Shown: piece after piece, positions 1 through 11,096 of the stretch
How the letters are laid out: every line of letters starts with the position of its first letter
Position numbering within the stretch: position 1 is the first letter of the stretch
From: Chiloscyllium plagiosum
Lineage: Eukaryota
Assembly: GCF_004010195.1 (NCBI RefSeq)
Contig: NC_057710.1
Coordinates: 149,852,877 to 149,872,876 of the forward strand
DNA: 20,000 nucleotides
Direction of reading: 5' to 3'
The notes under the pieces: generated by a model
The model's input: the letters and a program-made list of their open reading frames with translations, nothing else
The model's database searches: none
What the model was told of the DNA's origin: nothing
Position numbers and translations under genes: made by a program

Positions 1-54
1 TCAACTCCCTGACGGCACTTTTGATGTACCTTCATGATAAGGAAGACGCAACAG

Positions 55-1815
55 GTTTGAAAGATAAGATATACATACATTTTGAAAGACAGGGTTTGAT
101 TCGGAGCAGTCAGCATAGCTTTGTGCATGGGAGATCATGCCTCACAAATTTGTTAAAGTTCTTTGATGAAGTGACCAGGAAAGTTGATTAGGGCAGGGCA
201 GTAGATGTAGTCTATATGGACTAGGTAAGGCCTAGTTCAGTTAGGCCTTTGATAAGGTTCCATATGGTAGGCTGGTCTGGAAGATTAGATTGTATGGAAT
301 TCAGGGGGAGCTGGCAAATTGGATACACAATTGGCTTGATGTGGGAAGCAGAGGGTAATAACAGAAGAATGCTTGTCATACTGGAGGCCTGTGACTAGTA
401 GAGTGCCTCAGAGTCAATGCTGGGCCAATTGCTATCTGTTATGTATATCAATGATTTGGATGAAAATGTACAAGACATGATTAGTAAGTGTGCAGATGTC
501 ACTAAAATAGGCAGTATTGTGGACAGTGAGGAAGGTTGTCAGAAATTAAGGCAGGACCTTGATCAGCTGGGGAAGTGGGCTGAGAAATGGCAAATGAAGT
601 TTAATGTAGATAAGTGTGAGGTCTTGCATTTTGGAAAGTCAGATCGAAGTAGGAGTTTCGTGGTGAATGGTAGGGCTTTAAGGAGTGTCGTGGAACAGAG
701 GGACCTTGGACTTCAGGTGCACGGTTCTCTGAAAGTGGAGTCCCAGATAGACAGGGCAGTGAAGAAGGCTTTTAACATACTGGCCTTCATCAGTCAGGGT
801 ACTGAGTACTGAATTTGGGAAGTTATGTTGCAGTTGTTCAGGACGTTGGTGATGCCAACTTGCAGTATTGTGTCAGTTTTGGTCATCTTGCTAATCTGAA
901 GGACATTGTGAAACTGAAAAGAGTGCAGATGAAATTTACAAGGAGGTTGCCAGGACTCAACAGTCTGAGTTATAGGGAGAGNNNNNNNNNNNNNNNNNNN
1001 NNNNNNNNNNNNNNNNNNNNNNNNNNNNNNNNNNNNNNNNNNNNNNNNNNNNNNNNNNNNNNNNNNNNNNNNNNNNNNNNNNNNNNNNNNNNNNNNNNNN
1101 NNNNNNNNNNNNNNNNNNNNNNNNNNNNNNNNNNNNNNNNNNNNNNNNNNNNNNNNNNNNNNNNNNNNNNNNNNNNNNNNNNNNNNNNNNNNNNNNNNNN
1201 NNNNNNNNNNNNNNNNNNNNNNNNNNNNNNNNNNNNNNNNNNNNNNNNNNNNNNNNNNNNNNNNNNNNNNNNNNNNNNNNNNNNNNNNNNNNNNNNNNNN
1301 NNNNNNNNNNNNNNNNNNNNNNNNNNNNNNNNNNNNNNNNNNNNNNNNNNNNNNNNNNNNNNNNNNNNNNNNNNNNNNNNNNNNNNNNNNNNNNNNNNNN
1401 NNNNNNNNNNNNNNNNNNNNNNNNNNNNNNNNNNNNNNNNNNNNNNNNNNNNNNNNNNNNNNNNNNNNNNNNNNNNNNNNNNNNNNNNNNNNNNNNNNNN
1501 NNNNNNNNNNNNNNNNNNNNNNNNNNNNNNNNNNNNNNNNNNNNNNNNNNNNNNNNNNNNNNNNNNNNNNNNNNNNNNNNNNNNNNNNNNNNNNNNNNNN
1601 NNNNNNNNNNNNNNNNNNNNNNNNNNNNNNNNNNNNNNNNNNNNTTGACGCGGATACATTTAAAAGGCATTTGAACAAACACATGGATAGGAAAGGTTTA
1701 GAAGGATATGGATCAAGTGCAGGGAAATGGGGTTAGTGTGGATGGACATTTTGGTCAGCATGGACTAGTTTGGGCCAAAGGGCCTGTCTCCATACTGTAG
1801 GACTCTCTGAGTTCT
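55..1815 (+). mobile_element. CR1-clade LINE (HER1-like), decayed RT through 3' UTR, spanning an assembly gap
   Basis: Decayed RT motifs GRSCLTNLLKFFDEV, AFDKV, VPQ..MLG.LL..YINDLD and ADVTKIG (ORF 417-812), then LQYCV.F and KRVQMKFTRRLPGL. After the gap come TFKRHLNKHMDRKGLEGYG and the 3' UTR GGGCCAAAGGGCCTGTCTCCATACTGTAG. Continuity across the gap is assumed. Confidence 0.9.
982..1644. other. Assembly gap (N run)
   Basis: Run of N. Confidence 0.99.
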
Positions 1816-2120
1816 ACTAAAATGGTGACTCACAGCCTGCCATACATGGAATAAAACATAAAAGAGTTGCTTTATTAACTTTGATGAAACATTGGTCCAC
1901 AAGGCAAAGTCGATTATGTTGGAATTCCCTTTAAAGTTGCTGAGGTAATACATCAGATTATTTGCTCTTTTTGGCCATAGTGAATCAACATGAGCAGTTG
2001 TGTTATTTCTGGGACTAATTTTGTAACATTAGGTGTTCAATTTTAAACGACAGAGTAGCCTTCCTTACTATATTTTATATATAATTATACAGCTATGGCA
2101 CTAGTTGGAAATGGTTACTT

Positions 2121-2316
2121 GAAACAAAAGTAGAAATTGCTGGCAAATCTCAGCAAGTCTGGCAGCATCTGTGGTGAGAAACTAGAGTTAACTTTCGGGT
2201 CCAGTGACCCTTATTCAGAAGGGATTTCTCTCCAGAGATGCTGTCAGACATGCTAAGATTTTCAGCAATTTTTGATTTTGTTTCAGACTTCCAGCCTCCA
2301 CAGTTGTTTCGGTTTT
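2121..2316. mobile_element. Short Penelope-like element remnant: inverted pair of pLTR ends with target-site duplication
   Basis: 2121-2181 is an imperfect inverted repeat of 2225-2284. It is flanked by the direct repeat TTGGAAATGG(T/C)TA at 2105-2117 and 2317-2329. It resembles the terminal repeat of the GIY-YIG element at 3960 (TGCTGG...CAGCA...GGCAGCATC) and contains a hammerhead-like core. Confidence 0.75.
2187..2220 (-). ncRNA. Degenerate minimal hammerhead ribozyme motif (PLE type)
   Basis: Minus strand reads TT-CTGAATA-A-GGGTC-ACTG-GACCC-GAAA-GTT-AAC: a CUGANGA core with G8>U, a perfect 5-bp stem II, GAAA, and apparent loss of the C after GAAA. Confidence 0.6.
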
Positions 2317-2580
2317 TTGGAAATGGCTATTGCCTGGCACTTGTATGGTGCAAATGTTATTTGCCTAAGCCTGAATGTGGTTCAGGTCTTGCTGCAAATG
2401 TGCATGAACTGCTTCATTATCTAAGGAATTATAAATTACTGTGCACCATACATCCATCAACAAACATTTCCACTTCCAAATTTAGGATGTAGGGAAGATC
2501 ATTGAAGCTCTGGAAAACAGTTGGTTCTCAGACACTGCCCCGATGCATTTCTGTAGTTAAGTCTGGGAGTCTGGATCTCC
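2317..2580 (-). mobile_element. Old, decayed CR1/L2-group LINE RT fragment (host of the 2121 insertion)
   Basis: Minus strand gives decayed GSV..PT.F....NDLP..L..EV.MFVD and QQDLNHIQA...QITFAPYKCQAI.IS, typical of non-LTR RT domains 4-7. Confidence 0.7.
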
Positions 2581-3029
2581 AGTGATCAAAACCAACTAAT
2601 TTTGTGCTAGATTTGAATGCAGCTGGCGGAGAGCTTTTCCTTGAGAAGATGAGGTAAATTAAGGTGACCAACACAAAACCTGTGACTTAAAGAGAGGCTT
2701 CTATAATTAGATTATTACTATGACGCAAGTTCAATAGCTGTTTTCAAAGAAAACAATCATACAAAGAGCAGCTAGATGAACGATCAGTTAATTTTATTTG
2801 GCTGGTAAAAATTTAAAGTAGTCAAGACTTCAACAATTAGTAGTTTTAATATTATTCATAGTCCATAGCTCTGTTTTACAAGATAGCATGATATCTTTCC
2901 TGTAGCATTCAGCCTCCTCATACAACTCTCAGTGTGATCACATTAAGGTGCCTGTAAATCATTTCTATTTCACAGGATTGTCACCAAACAAATTTTTAAC
3001 TCTGAGTTTGTAAGCAAGTATTAGGAAAG

Positions 3030-3630
3030 GTGACCGAAATGTCTGGCTGCAATTGTACAGGGCTTGGTGAGACCACCCCTGCAGTACGGTGTGCAGTTTA
3101 CGTCTCCTTATCTGAAAAAGGATGCTCAGGCTTTGGACGGAGTGCAAAAAAGGTTTACCAGACTGACTTCTGGGATGGTAGGAGTGACATATGTAGAGAA
3201 ATTAGATTGGTTAGGACTATATTTGCTGGCGTTTAGAAGAATATAGGGGGAACCTCATAGAACCTTATAAAATTCTAAAAGGACTAGAAAGGTAAACAGG
3301 AAGGATTTCTAACGACCAGTGGGTCCAGAACAAGGAATCACAGTCTAAGGATGTAGGATAGACCATTTATGACTGAGATGAAGAGAAATTTCTTCACCTA
3401 CGGTATGGTGAGCCTGTGGAATTCTCTTCCACAGAAAGTGAGTGAAACCAAAAGGTTAAATGTTTTCAAAAAGGAGTTATATATCGTTCTTACGGCTAAA
3501 GGGATCAAAAGGTATGGGGAGAAAGCAGGGACAGATTACTGAGTTGGACGATCAGGCATGATCATATTGAATGGCAGAGCAGACTTGAAGGATTGAATGG
3601 CCTAATCCTATTCCTATTTTTTGTCTTTCA
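3030..3630 (+). mobile_element. CR1-clade LINE 3' fragment (ORF2 C-terminus and 3' UTR)
   Basis: LVRPPLQYGVQF.SPYLKKD..ALDGVQKRFTRL...LGLY.L.FRR (ORF 3064-3246), then RNFFT..VSLWNSLP and GIKRYGEKAG, with a 3' tail GAATGGCCTAATCCTATTCCTAT. Confidence 0.9.
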
Positions 3631-3959
3631 AAAACTTAACAAAAGAAAGAATGGAATTTTATAAAGGAGGAAGGAGAGGCGGAATGGCAGAGGTTTAGAG
3701 GGAGTGGATTTCTATAGATTATTTCTATAGCCTGTAGAGCTGAAGGCATGGCTGATAATCATGGAGCAAAGGGCATCAGGATGCACAAGAGGCTGCAATT
3801 AGAAGAGTGCAGACAAATTAGGGGGTTGTTGACTAGGAGAATGTCACAGATATAGGGAAGATTGAGATATGTGGGTGGATAGGTTTGAACTGATGACATC
3901 GGATGGGGAGTCATTACAGATTAGCGAACATAAGGGAGATAGGTGAATAGGACTTGGTT

Positions 3960-4490
3960 GAAAAATGTGGTGCTGGAAAAACACAGCAGGCCAGGCAGCA
4001 TCCGAGGAGCAGGAGAATCGACATAGGCCCTTCTTCAGGAATGAGGCTGGTGTGCCAAGTGGGCTGAGATAAANNNNNNNNNNNNNNNNNNNNNNNNNNN
4101 NNNNNNNNNNNNNNNNNNNNNNNNNNNNNNNNNNNNNNNNNNNNNNNNNNNNNNNNNNNNNGGCGGTTGGGTTGGTTGGTGCAGGTGTCCCAGAGGTGTT
4201 CCCTGAAACGTTCCGCAAGTAGGCGGCCTGTCTCCCCAATGTAGGGGAGACCACATCGGGTTCAAAGGAAACAGTAAATGATGTGTGTGGAGGTGCAGGT
4301 GAATTTGCGACGGATATGGAAGGATCCATTGGGGCCTTGGAGGGAGGTGAGGAGGGAGGTGTGGGCACAAGGTTTGCACTTCTTGCGGTTGCAGGGGAAG
4401 GTGCCGGGAGTGGAGGTTGGGTTGGTGGGAGGTGTGGACCTGACGAGGGAGTCGCGGAGGGAGTGGTCTCTCCAAACAGATCCCACCACC
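3960..4490 (-). mobile_element. Penelope-like element, Neptune-type, GIY-YIG endonuclease fragment plus pLTR
   Basis: ORF 4262-4507 encodes RDHSLRDSLVRS...GTFPCNRKKCKPC...FTCTSTHIIYC, then a frameshift to RCGLPYIGETGRLLAERFREHL (GIY-YIG with upstream Cys-rich linker). The terminal repeat at 3960-4045 has a partial hammerhead (CTGAAGA at 4038-4032). Confidence 0.88.
4074..4161. other. Assembly gap (N run)
   Basis: Run of N. Confidence 0.99.
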
Positions 4491-5179
4491 AGGGATATAT
4501 TTAACATTCAGCACTGAACAAGCAACTTACCAAATTGGAGGAGTCAAGAGAGATGATGGTGAGGTGGAGCTGGGTGTTGTCAGTGGAACATATTTATTGG
4601 AGTTAAGCTTTGAAGGTCAGGTGGGGAGAAATAAAAGGGATAATGATAATACTACAAATATATATTTATGCACTATAAGAAATGGGAATATGGAGCCAGT
4701 TGGATATTGCTGGTTAACGAGGCTTTATTATGTGATTGCTTGCAACTGAAAGCTAAAAAGTCAGAGAACTTTGTTTTTAAGTGCTGTTTACAAAAAAGTC
4801 AAATGACTTTGGAGAAGCAAAACTTGGATAAGATACATTTTATTACTTTAATTGTGAGTCAAACTCATGGAAGGGGTCCAGCGTTGAAGGTTATTTAGCA
4901 ATAGCCTCTGGACTGCAATTACTGCATTTTCCAGTGAACTGCCTTGGAACAGTTGAAAAAAGAACTCCAAGCAGGAAAGGCTAATCCCTGACTTTTATAA
5001 AAAAGAGCAGAAAATCTTAAAGCAGAATTAACAAAGACCTCTCTTAGCTGAAATATTGTAAGAACTTTATAAAATTAAATATCAGGATTTTTAACTAACA
5101 GTCATCTGAAGTCTAATTTGAATGTTTCACGATTTCATCGTTGTCAGTTTGCGAAATCAATGACATGAAGCTGATTATT

Positions 5180-6882
5180 ACAGGAGCAGAATTAGGCCAT
5201 TCAGCCCATCGTGTTGGCTCCACCATTTGATCATGGCTGATATGTTTCTCAAGCTCATTCTCCTGCCTTTCCTCTGTAATCCCTTGATCCCCTTACTAAT
5301 CTGCCTCTGTTTCAACTGTACCTATAAGACCTCTACAGCAATGAGATCCACAGATTAACCACCTCCTGGCTGAAGAAATTCCTCCTCAACTCAGTTCTAA
5401 AGGGTGGTCCCTTCCATCTGAGGCTGTGCCCTTGGGTCTAGTCTCTCCAACTAGTGGAAATATTTTCTCTACATCCACTCTATCCAGGCCTTTCGGTATT
5501 CTGTAAGTTTCAATGAGATCCTCCTCCATCCTTCTAACCTCCATTGAGTACAGACTCAGAGTCTTCAACCACCCCTGTATGACAAGTCCTTCATCCCTGG
5601 AATCATTCTTGTAAACTTCTTCTGGACCCAAGGTCAGCACATTCTTCCTTAAATACGGTGACTAAACCTGATTACAATATTTCAAATGTGGTCTTACCAG
5701 AGCCTTATACAGCCTCAGTAGTACATTTCTACTCTTGTGTTCTAGCTCTCTTGAAATGAATGCTGACATTGCATTTGCTTTCCTAACTGCCGAGTGAACC
5801 TTCATGTTACCTTAAGAGAATCCCGAACTAGGACTCACAAGTCCCTTTGTGCCTCAGATTTCCGAAGCATTTCCCCATTTAGAAAATAGTCTACGTCTGT
5901 ATTCTTCTGACCAAAATGCATAATCTCAAACTTCTCTAATTGCATTCCATCTGCCACTTCTTTGCCCACTTCCCCAGCCAGTCAAAATCCTTCTGCAGCC
6001 TCTCCAGTTCCTCAGTATTATCTGTCCAATCACCTATCTTTGTGTCATCTGCAAATTGTAGCAACAATGGCCTCAGTTTCTTTATCCAGATCATTAATGT
6101 ATAACGTGAATAGCTCCGGTCTGAACAAAAATCCTTGCAGAATTCACTAGTCACCAGCTGCCATCCTGAAAAAGATGCCTTTATCCCTACTATTTGCCTT
6201 CTGCCAGTCAGCCAATCCTCTACTCATGCCTGTACCTCGCCCCTACACCATGGGCTCTTTTGTTATTCAGCAAACTTGTCAAAAGCCTGCAAATCCAAAT
6301 ACTGTAGATCATATTCACTGGCTGTCTTTTGTTTAACTTGTTTGTTACGTCCTCAAGGAATTCTAACAGATTTGTCAAACATAATCTCCCCTTGACAAAG
6401 CTGTGCTGATTCAACCATTTTTTACCATGCCCTCTGAAATACTCCACTATTTCATTCTGAGCAATGGCCCCAATGACCAAGGTCAGGCTCACTGGCCTAT
6501 AGTTTCCTGCTTTCTGCCTACCTCTCTTCTTAAACAGGGGTGTTACATTAGCCATTTTCCAGTCCTTTGGCAACTTCCCTGACCCTAGGGATTCCTGAAA
6601 GATTACCACCAATACCTCTATAATCTCCTCAGCGGTCTCTTTCAGAACTCTGCACTGTAGTCCATCTGATCAGGGTGATTTAACCATGTTCAGACCTTTC
6701 AGCTTCCCTAGCACCTTCTCCCTAATGATGGTCATTGCACTCCCTTGAAGTTCTGGTGTGCTGATTGTGTCTTGCACTGTGAAAGGTGATGTAATGTACC
6801 ACTCAGTTTCTCCACTATTCCACGCTCCCTACTACTATTTCTCCAGCCTCATTTTCCAACAGTCCAATGCCCACTCTTGCCT
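5180..6882 (-). mobile_element. CR1-clade LINE, about 1.7 kb decayed ORF2 (RT) and 3' UTR
   Basis: PKDWKMANVTPLFKK..RQKAGNYRPVSLT and CLTNLLEFLEDV (ORF 6220-6612); FADDTKIG...LGKWAKKWQM (5936-6154); LSLYSME.RRM..DLIETYRI (5386-5640). The 3' end reads GGGCTGAATGGCCTAATTCTGCTCCTG. Confidence 0.92.
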
Positions 6883-7259
6883 TGTGAGAACTCTTCCTTC
6901 TTGTTATCTTTTGAGCTCAGACCCACGACCTCACCAAATGTTTTTTCATTTGTCATCTTGTTAAAAAAGAATCATCTCTACAGGATTGTATGCCAAGTCT
7001 CATCATTTATGATTGTGTATCCTTTGGATTAAGGGGATATAATTTAGTTCTGAATGGCAACTTAGCTGCCAGAATAAACTTGTTTGAAGAACAAGTTCAA
7101 TAAAGTAAGCTGGCACAAGTCTCATTGTTTTATGTAACCACAAATAAAATAATGCAAATTGACTAGTTTGTGATGCAACAAATCATTTACACTTTTGGTA
7201 TGGGTTGTGGACTAATGAGGCTTGGTTATTGGCACACTCCTCTTGTTGTAGTCAGAACA
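6883..7259 (+). repeat. Putative 5' LTR of the gypsy element
   Basis: Starts TGTG exactly where CR1 similarity stops and ends ...AACA just before a PBS-like sequence. It has AATAAA motifs at about 7073, 7099 and 7143. There is no partner LTR in the window, so the 5' boundary is uncertain. Confidence 0.4.
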
Positions 7260-7263
7260 AAGT

Positions 7264-7281
7264 TTGGGGCTTGCTCTGGAT
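7264..7281 (+). promoter_or_regulatory. Degenerate tRNA-Pro primer-binding site
   Basis: TTGGGGCTTGCTCTGGAT matches the tRNA-Pro complement TGGGGGCTCGTCCGGGAT at 13/18 and lies between the LTR-like end and gag. Confidence 0.5.
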
Positions 7282-10200
7282 TGTTAGACACAGACATGAA
7301 ATTGAATGGGAAATAATAGTATCAAAGTAAGATGGCCCTGTAAGCAGTCTAAACATTCTTAAAGCTAGAGGAGGTATCCCTGACGTATTACAGAATTTAA
7401 CTAAGATAAAGCTAATAGAATTGTTAAAAGAGTTTTCCAACAAAAAGCTAAGAAGGCAGAGATAATTGGTGTACGAGCAGAGCATTTAGGCTTGTTGGAA
7501 ATACTAAAGGGTCATGTACACCAAGCATATGAATCATTTGAATTATTGAGTTAAAACAGCTTGAGCATGAGAAAGAAATAAAGCAACTTGAAGTAGAACA
7601 GGAAGTAAAAATTAAGAGACATGAACTTGAAAATTAAGAAAAGACAGAACTTCAGATAGAGAAAAATGTATAATCGAAAAAGAAAGAACTTCAGAGAGAG
7701 GAAAATGAATAAAAAAAGAACCATAACTTAAAGTCCAGTAATGGAATATTTAAATTTGTGTGGGTCATAAAGAAATTTTTGAGAAAAGGCTGGATGTATT
7801 CAAGATTTCATTCAAAAATATAGCAAAACAAATTTAGTTGTCGCGAAAACTGGAAACTGTCTACGGAGAGCAGGTTGACAGATAGAACACATGAGATTCT
7901 TGTATTCTTGTTAGAAGAGGTTTCAATGAATTCTATTGCTATAAAAAAGACTACCCTTGATGAGTATAAGTCAGGTCCAGAAGACTGCAGACTAAAGGTT
8001 TGAAACTTAAGGAAGCAGCCTGGAAAGACCTACATTTAATTTGGACGGGTAAAGCAAAGTAACTTTGACCGTAGCATAAGGGTATTAGGGGTTAAAATCA
8101 TATCTGAAACTCTCAGTGAAATCAATCTTTTGGAATAATTTAAAAATTCACTACCTCTTGTGATTGTAACCCATGTTGAAGTCCAGAGGGTTGCAAAAGC
8201 GAGACATGTAGGAGTAATAGCTGACAATTATGACCTGATCCATTAAATTAATTCTTTTTCCTACAACCTCTAAAACACAAGAAGTATAGAAAGTACGAAA
8301 GTGAAAGGAAGATAAGTAGCCAAGGTAAAGAAGGTACACTTTGGGAATTCTTCTTCAAACCGGAAAGGAAGGTTCTGAGTGTGGAAGTCAGAATCAAAGC
8401 CTTAAGCAGTTCTTGTTGTAACAAAGCTGAAAACCTTCATTCAGAATTCTGGAAATGGTGTGGCAAACCCATGGGACTTACTGGGCTTCTTAAGAGTGAG
8501 TGAAGAAAAAGAATAAGAAGGAAAATGCTACAGATCAAACTGAAGCTTTAACTACAACTAGAGACCAAAGGCAAACACACACCGCAGAAGTGAATAAGGT
8601 AGCTGAGGCTACCTTAAAGAAAGTTTATTTTTAATCAAAAGGAAAATCTCTTTTCCTCAAATAATGCGGCTAAACCCCAAAGCTATATTATGAAGAATAC
8701 AGGAACTATATAAATTCTTTTGCGTGAAGGACCTAACATTTTCTCCAGAGAGTATGTTGAAAGCCAAAGTTTTAATAAATGGAATTAATGGAAAGTATAC
8801 ACCCATGCCTTTGTATAAAGTGCATTTAGAGTGTGATAATTACTGGAGCAGTGTAAGTCAGATTTGTTCAGAAATTACTAATAGATAGATTGACGTTCTT
8901 TGAGATGATGATTTGGCCAGAATGAAAGTTGCCCATAATTACTGAAGTCTGGATGAGTAAAGAAATGGAAAATTCAAGAAGACCAAGCTCCTGGTATTTT
9001 TCCATATGTGTAGTGATCAGAGTAATAGCTAAACAGAGTCCATCATCTGAGGTCCAGCTAATACCAGAAGTGGGTTAGAATAGTTGAAACTTTCTTTAAG
9101 GATAGGAATAATTGAAAAGAAGTGTTCAACAAGTCTTTCATTGAATCTCAACAAGGAGAGTGGAAGTTAAGCAAATTAGCACAATCAGCCTACAGAGAAG
9201 CTGAGACCGAAAGAATGTTAAAAATGGAATTCTAAGAGGATGCCTTCACATGCTCAGAGACCTGCAGGTGAAGAATGGATGGTTATTCATAACTGGTGGA
9301 GTTCTGTAAAACATGCCATCTGTGTCAGGCAATGGGAAAACATCAATATATAATCAATCCAGCGCTGTTAATACCTGTAACAGTTTTTGAAGAACCATTC
9401 ACTAAGAACAATTCAGTAAGATGTTTGTACACTGTGTAGGACTATTACCAAAAACATAAATGGACATCAACATAACTTCATAATTATCAATATAAAACAT
9501 GATTTCTAGATTTCCTTTGAAAATCACAGCTAAAGTCGGAGTGGAAAAATTCACACAATGCTATATTTGTTATGGACTACTAATATAAATACAGTTGAAC
9601 ACCACAAGTAAATGGGGTATAAAACAGTTGAATTTTATATCATATCATCCACAAACACCGGGAGATTTAGACAGATGTCATGAGACTCTCAAAACAATGA
9701 TTCAAGCATATTTTCATAGATATCTCAATGATTGGGATAAAGGTCTGGATTTTCTGTTATTTGCTACTAGAGATTCTCCAAATTAATCTACTGGGTTAGT
9801 CATTTTGAATTATTCTATTGTAATAAGATCAAAGGTTCACTAAAATTGATCAAGGAAATGTTTTTAAGGCAGAAAGATGAATCTGGCCCATGGAGTAGTG
9901 GGGTTTGACTAACAGTACATTCCTCCCATCAGATTTGTAACATTAACACATTAGGAGGTGGGGTTACCTCTGATGAACTAAGTATATACTAACTCACAAA
10001 AGTGGTATGGGCACAGGATATTTGGATGAGCTGGACTGGTAACAATTTTATTGTCTGCCTGCCTTCTGTTTTATGAGGATGGATCAGGATGGGCAGGAAA
10101 ATGGTAAGCTGGTCACCCACCATATTTTACACATTATCTTGTCAAAAACTTTTTCCACGCTACCTTGTCGAAAGGGGTGGGGACTGTAAAATAAAGCCCA

Positions 10201-10628
10201 GGAAATGGAAGTACACTCGATGATCTCTTTAGCTTGTTTCATCATCCAAATCTCCATGGCTGGTCTCGACTTCCATTCTACTTTCCCACCCACTCCTACA
10301 TCCCTTGATTTGTGGAGAGAGACCATTTAAAAGTAAGCTTTCTATAATGCAAAGAGTCATTTTTCTTCTTACTTTAAGAAAACTACAAGGATTGTTTGAT
10401 TGTAGGCTGGGAGCATAAACTGTGTTAAGGCTTGAAATTACGGTAGAAAATTAGATATAATTGAAACTTTCACAAACACCCCAACTTTGTGGGCAGTGAT
10501 GAAGTGGATGTCCTTGAAGAACACTGATCACAAAAATCTAATGATCTCTGTGGCACTGTTTCTTCTTTTCCCACAGCATTTAAAAATAGCCCTGGTGTCC
10601 AGCAGCAATAATGTCTGCAAAGGAGTAT

Positions 10629-10963
10629 GGTGGCGGTGGCTCAGTGGTTAGCACAATGCCAGGGACCTGGGTTCGATTCCAGCCTCGGGCGACTGTCTGT
10701 ATGGAGTTTGCACATTCTTCTCGTGTCTGCGTGGGTTTCTTCCGGGTGCTCTGGTTTCCTCCAACAATCCAAAAGATGTGCAGGTCAGGTGAACTGGCCA
10801 TGCTAAATTGCCCATAGTGTTAGGTGCATTAGTCAGGGGTAAATATAGGGTAGGGGAATGGGTTTGGGGGGTTGGGGTTACTCTTCGGATGGTCGGTGTG
10901 GACTTGTTGGGCCGAAGGGCCTGTTTCCATACTGTAGGGAATCTAATCTAATCTAATCTAATC
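10629..10963 (+). mobile_element. tRNA-derived SINE (HE1/V-SINE type) with CR1-derived 3' end
   Basis: A box TGGCTCAGTGG (10637-10647), B box GGTTCGATTCC (10670-10680) and V-domain-like core GGAGTTTGCACATTCT...GGTTTCCTCC. The 3' GGGCCGAAGGGCCTGTTTCCATACTGTAG is shared with the LINE end near 1772. Tail is (AATCT)n. Confidence 0.92.
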
Positions 10964-11096
10964 AATAAGCCATTAATTGCATTGAAGTATTCACCCACAG
11001 CAAACCAGAAGGTTAAAAGCATATAATGTCTTTCACCTTTAATTAACCATTAATTAAGAAATTAATTTAATAAACTATTAACTGTAATTAACTATT

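Larger units (their letters stand above)
3660..4640 (-). mobile_element. Highly decayed L2-like LINE remnant, interrupted by the Penelope fragment
   Basis: 4560-4592 on the minus strand reads as YVP.(AD)NTQLHLT, resembling the L2 YADDTQLYL motif. The purine-rich 3660-3955 stretch resembles an antisense L2 3' region. Boundaries are approximate. Confidence 0.5.
6883..9885 (+). mobile_element. Decayed Gmr1-like Ty3/gypsy LTR retrotransposon (SCAN-like gag, protease, integrase; RT absent)
   Basis: Gag has LTKIKLIEL..KAEII, an E/K coiled coil at 7540-7710 and a SCAN-like stretch NLRKQPGKTY..F.RVKQSNFDR...LLE.FKNSLP...ADNYDL at 8000-8240. A zinc-knuckle remnant lies near 8415-8455 and a protease-like DTG remnant near 8690. 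Integrase: CKTCHLCQ..GK..PA.LIPV.VFEEPF, CVGLLPKT and YHPQT.G.LDR.H.TLKTMI...DWDKGL.FLLFA.RDSPN (9595-9786). Confidence 0.85.

Noticed and set aside
794..1684. Long ORFs of 229-296 aa in the ORF track
   Set aside because: Artefacts of translating the N gap.
4640..5180. Unassigned AT-rich stretch with short ORFs
   Set aside because: No supportable homology or structure; short ORFs are expected by chance.
7540..7720. E/K-rich coiled-coil-like coding stretch suggesting a host exon
   Set aside because: Lies in the expected place in the gypsy gag and contains stops.
10629..10690. Possible tRNA gene
   Set aside because: The A and B boxes belong to the SINE head; there is no full cloverleaf and it continues into SINE body and tail.
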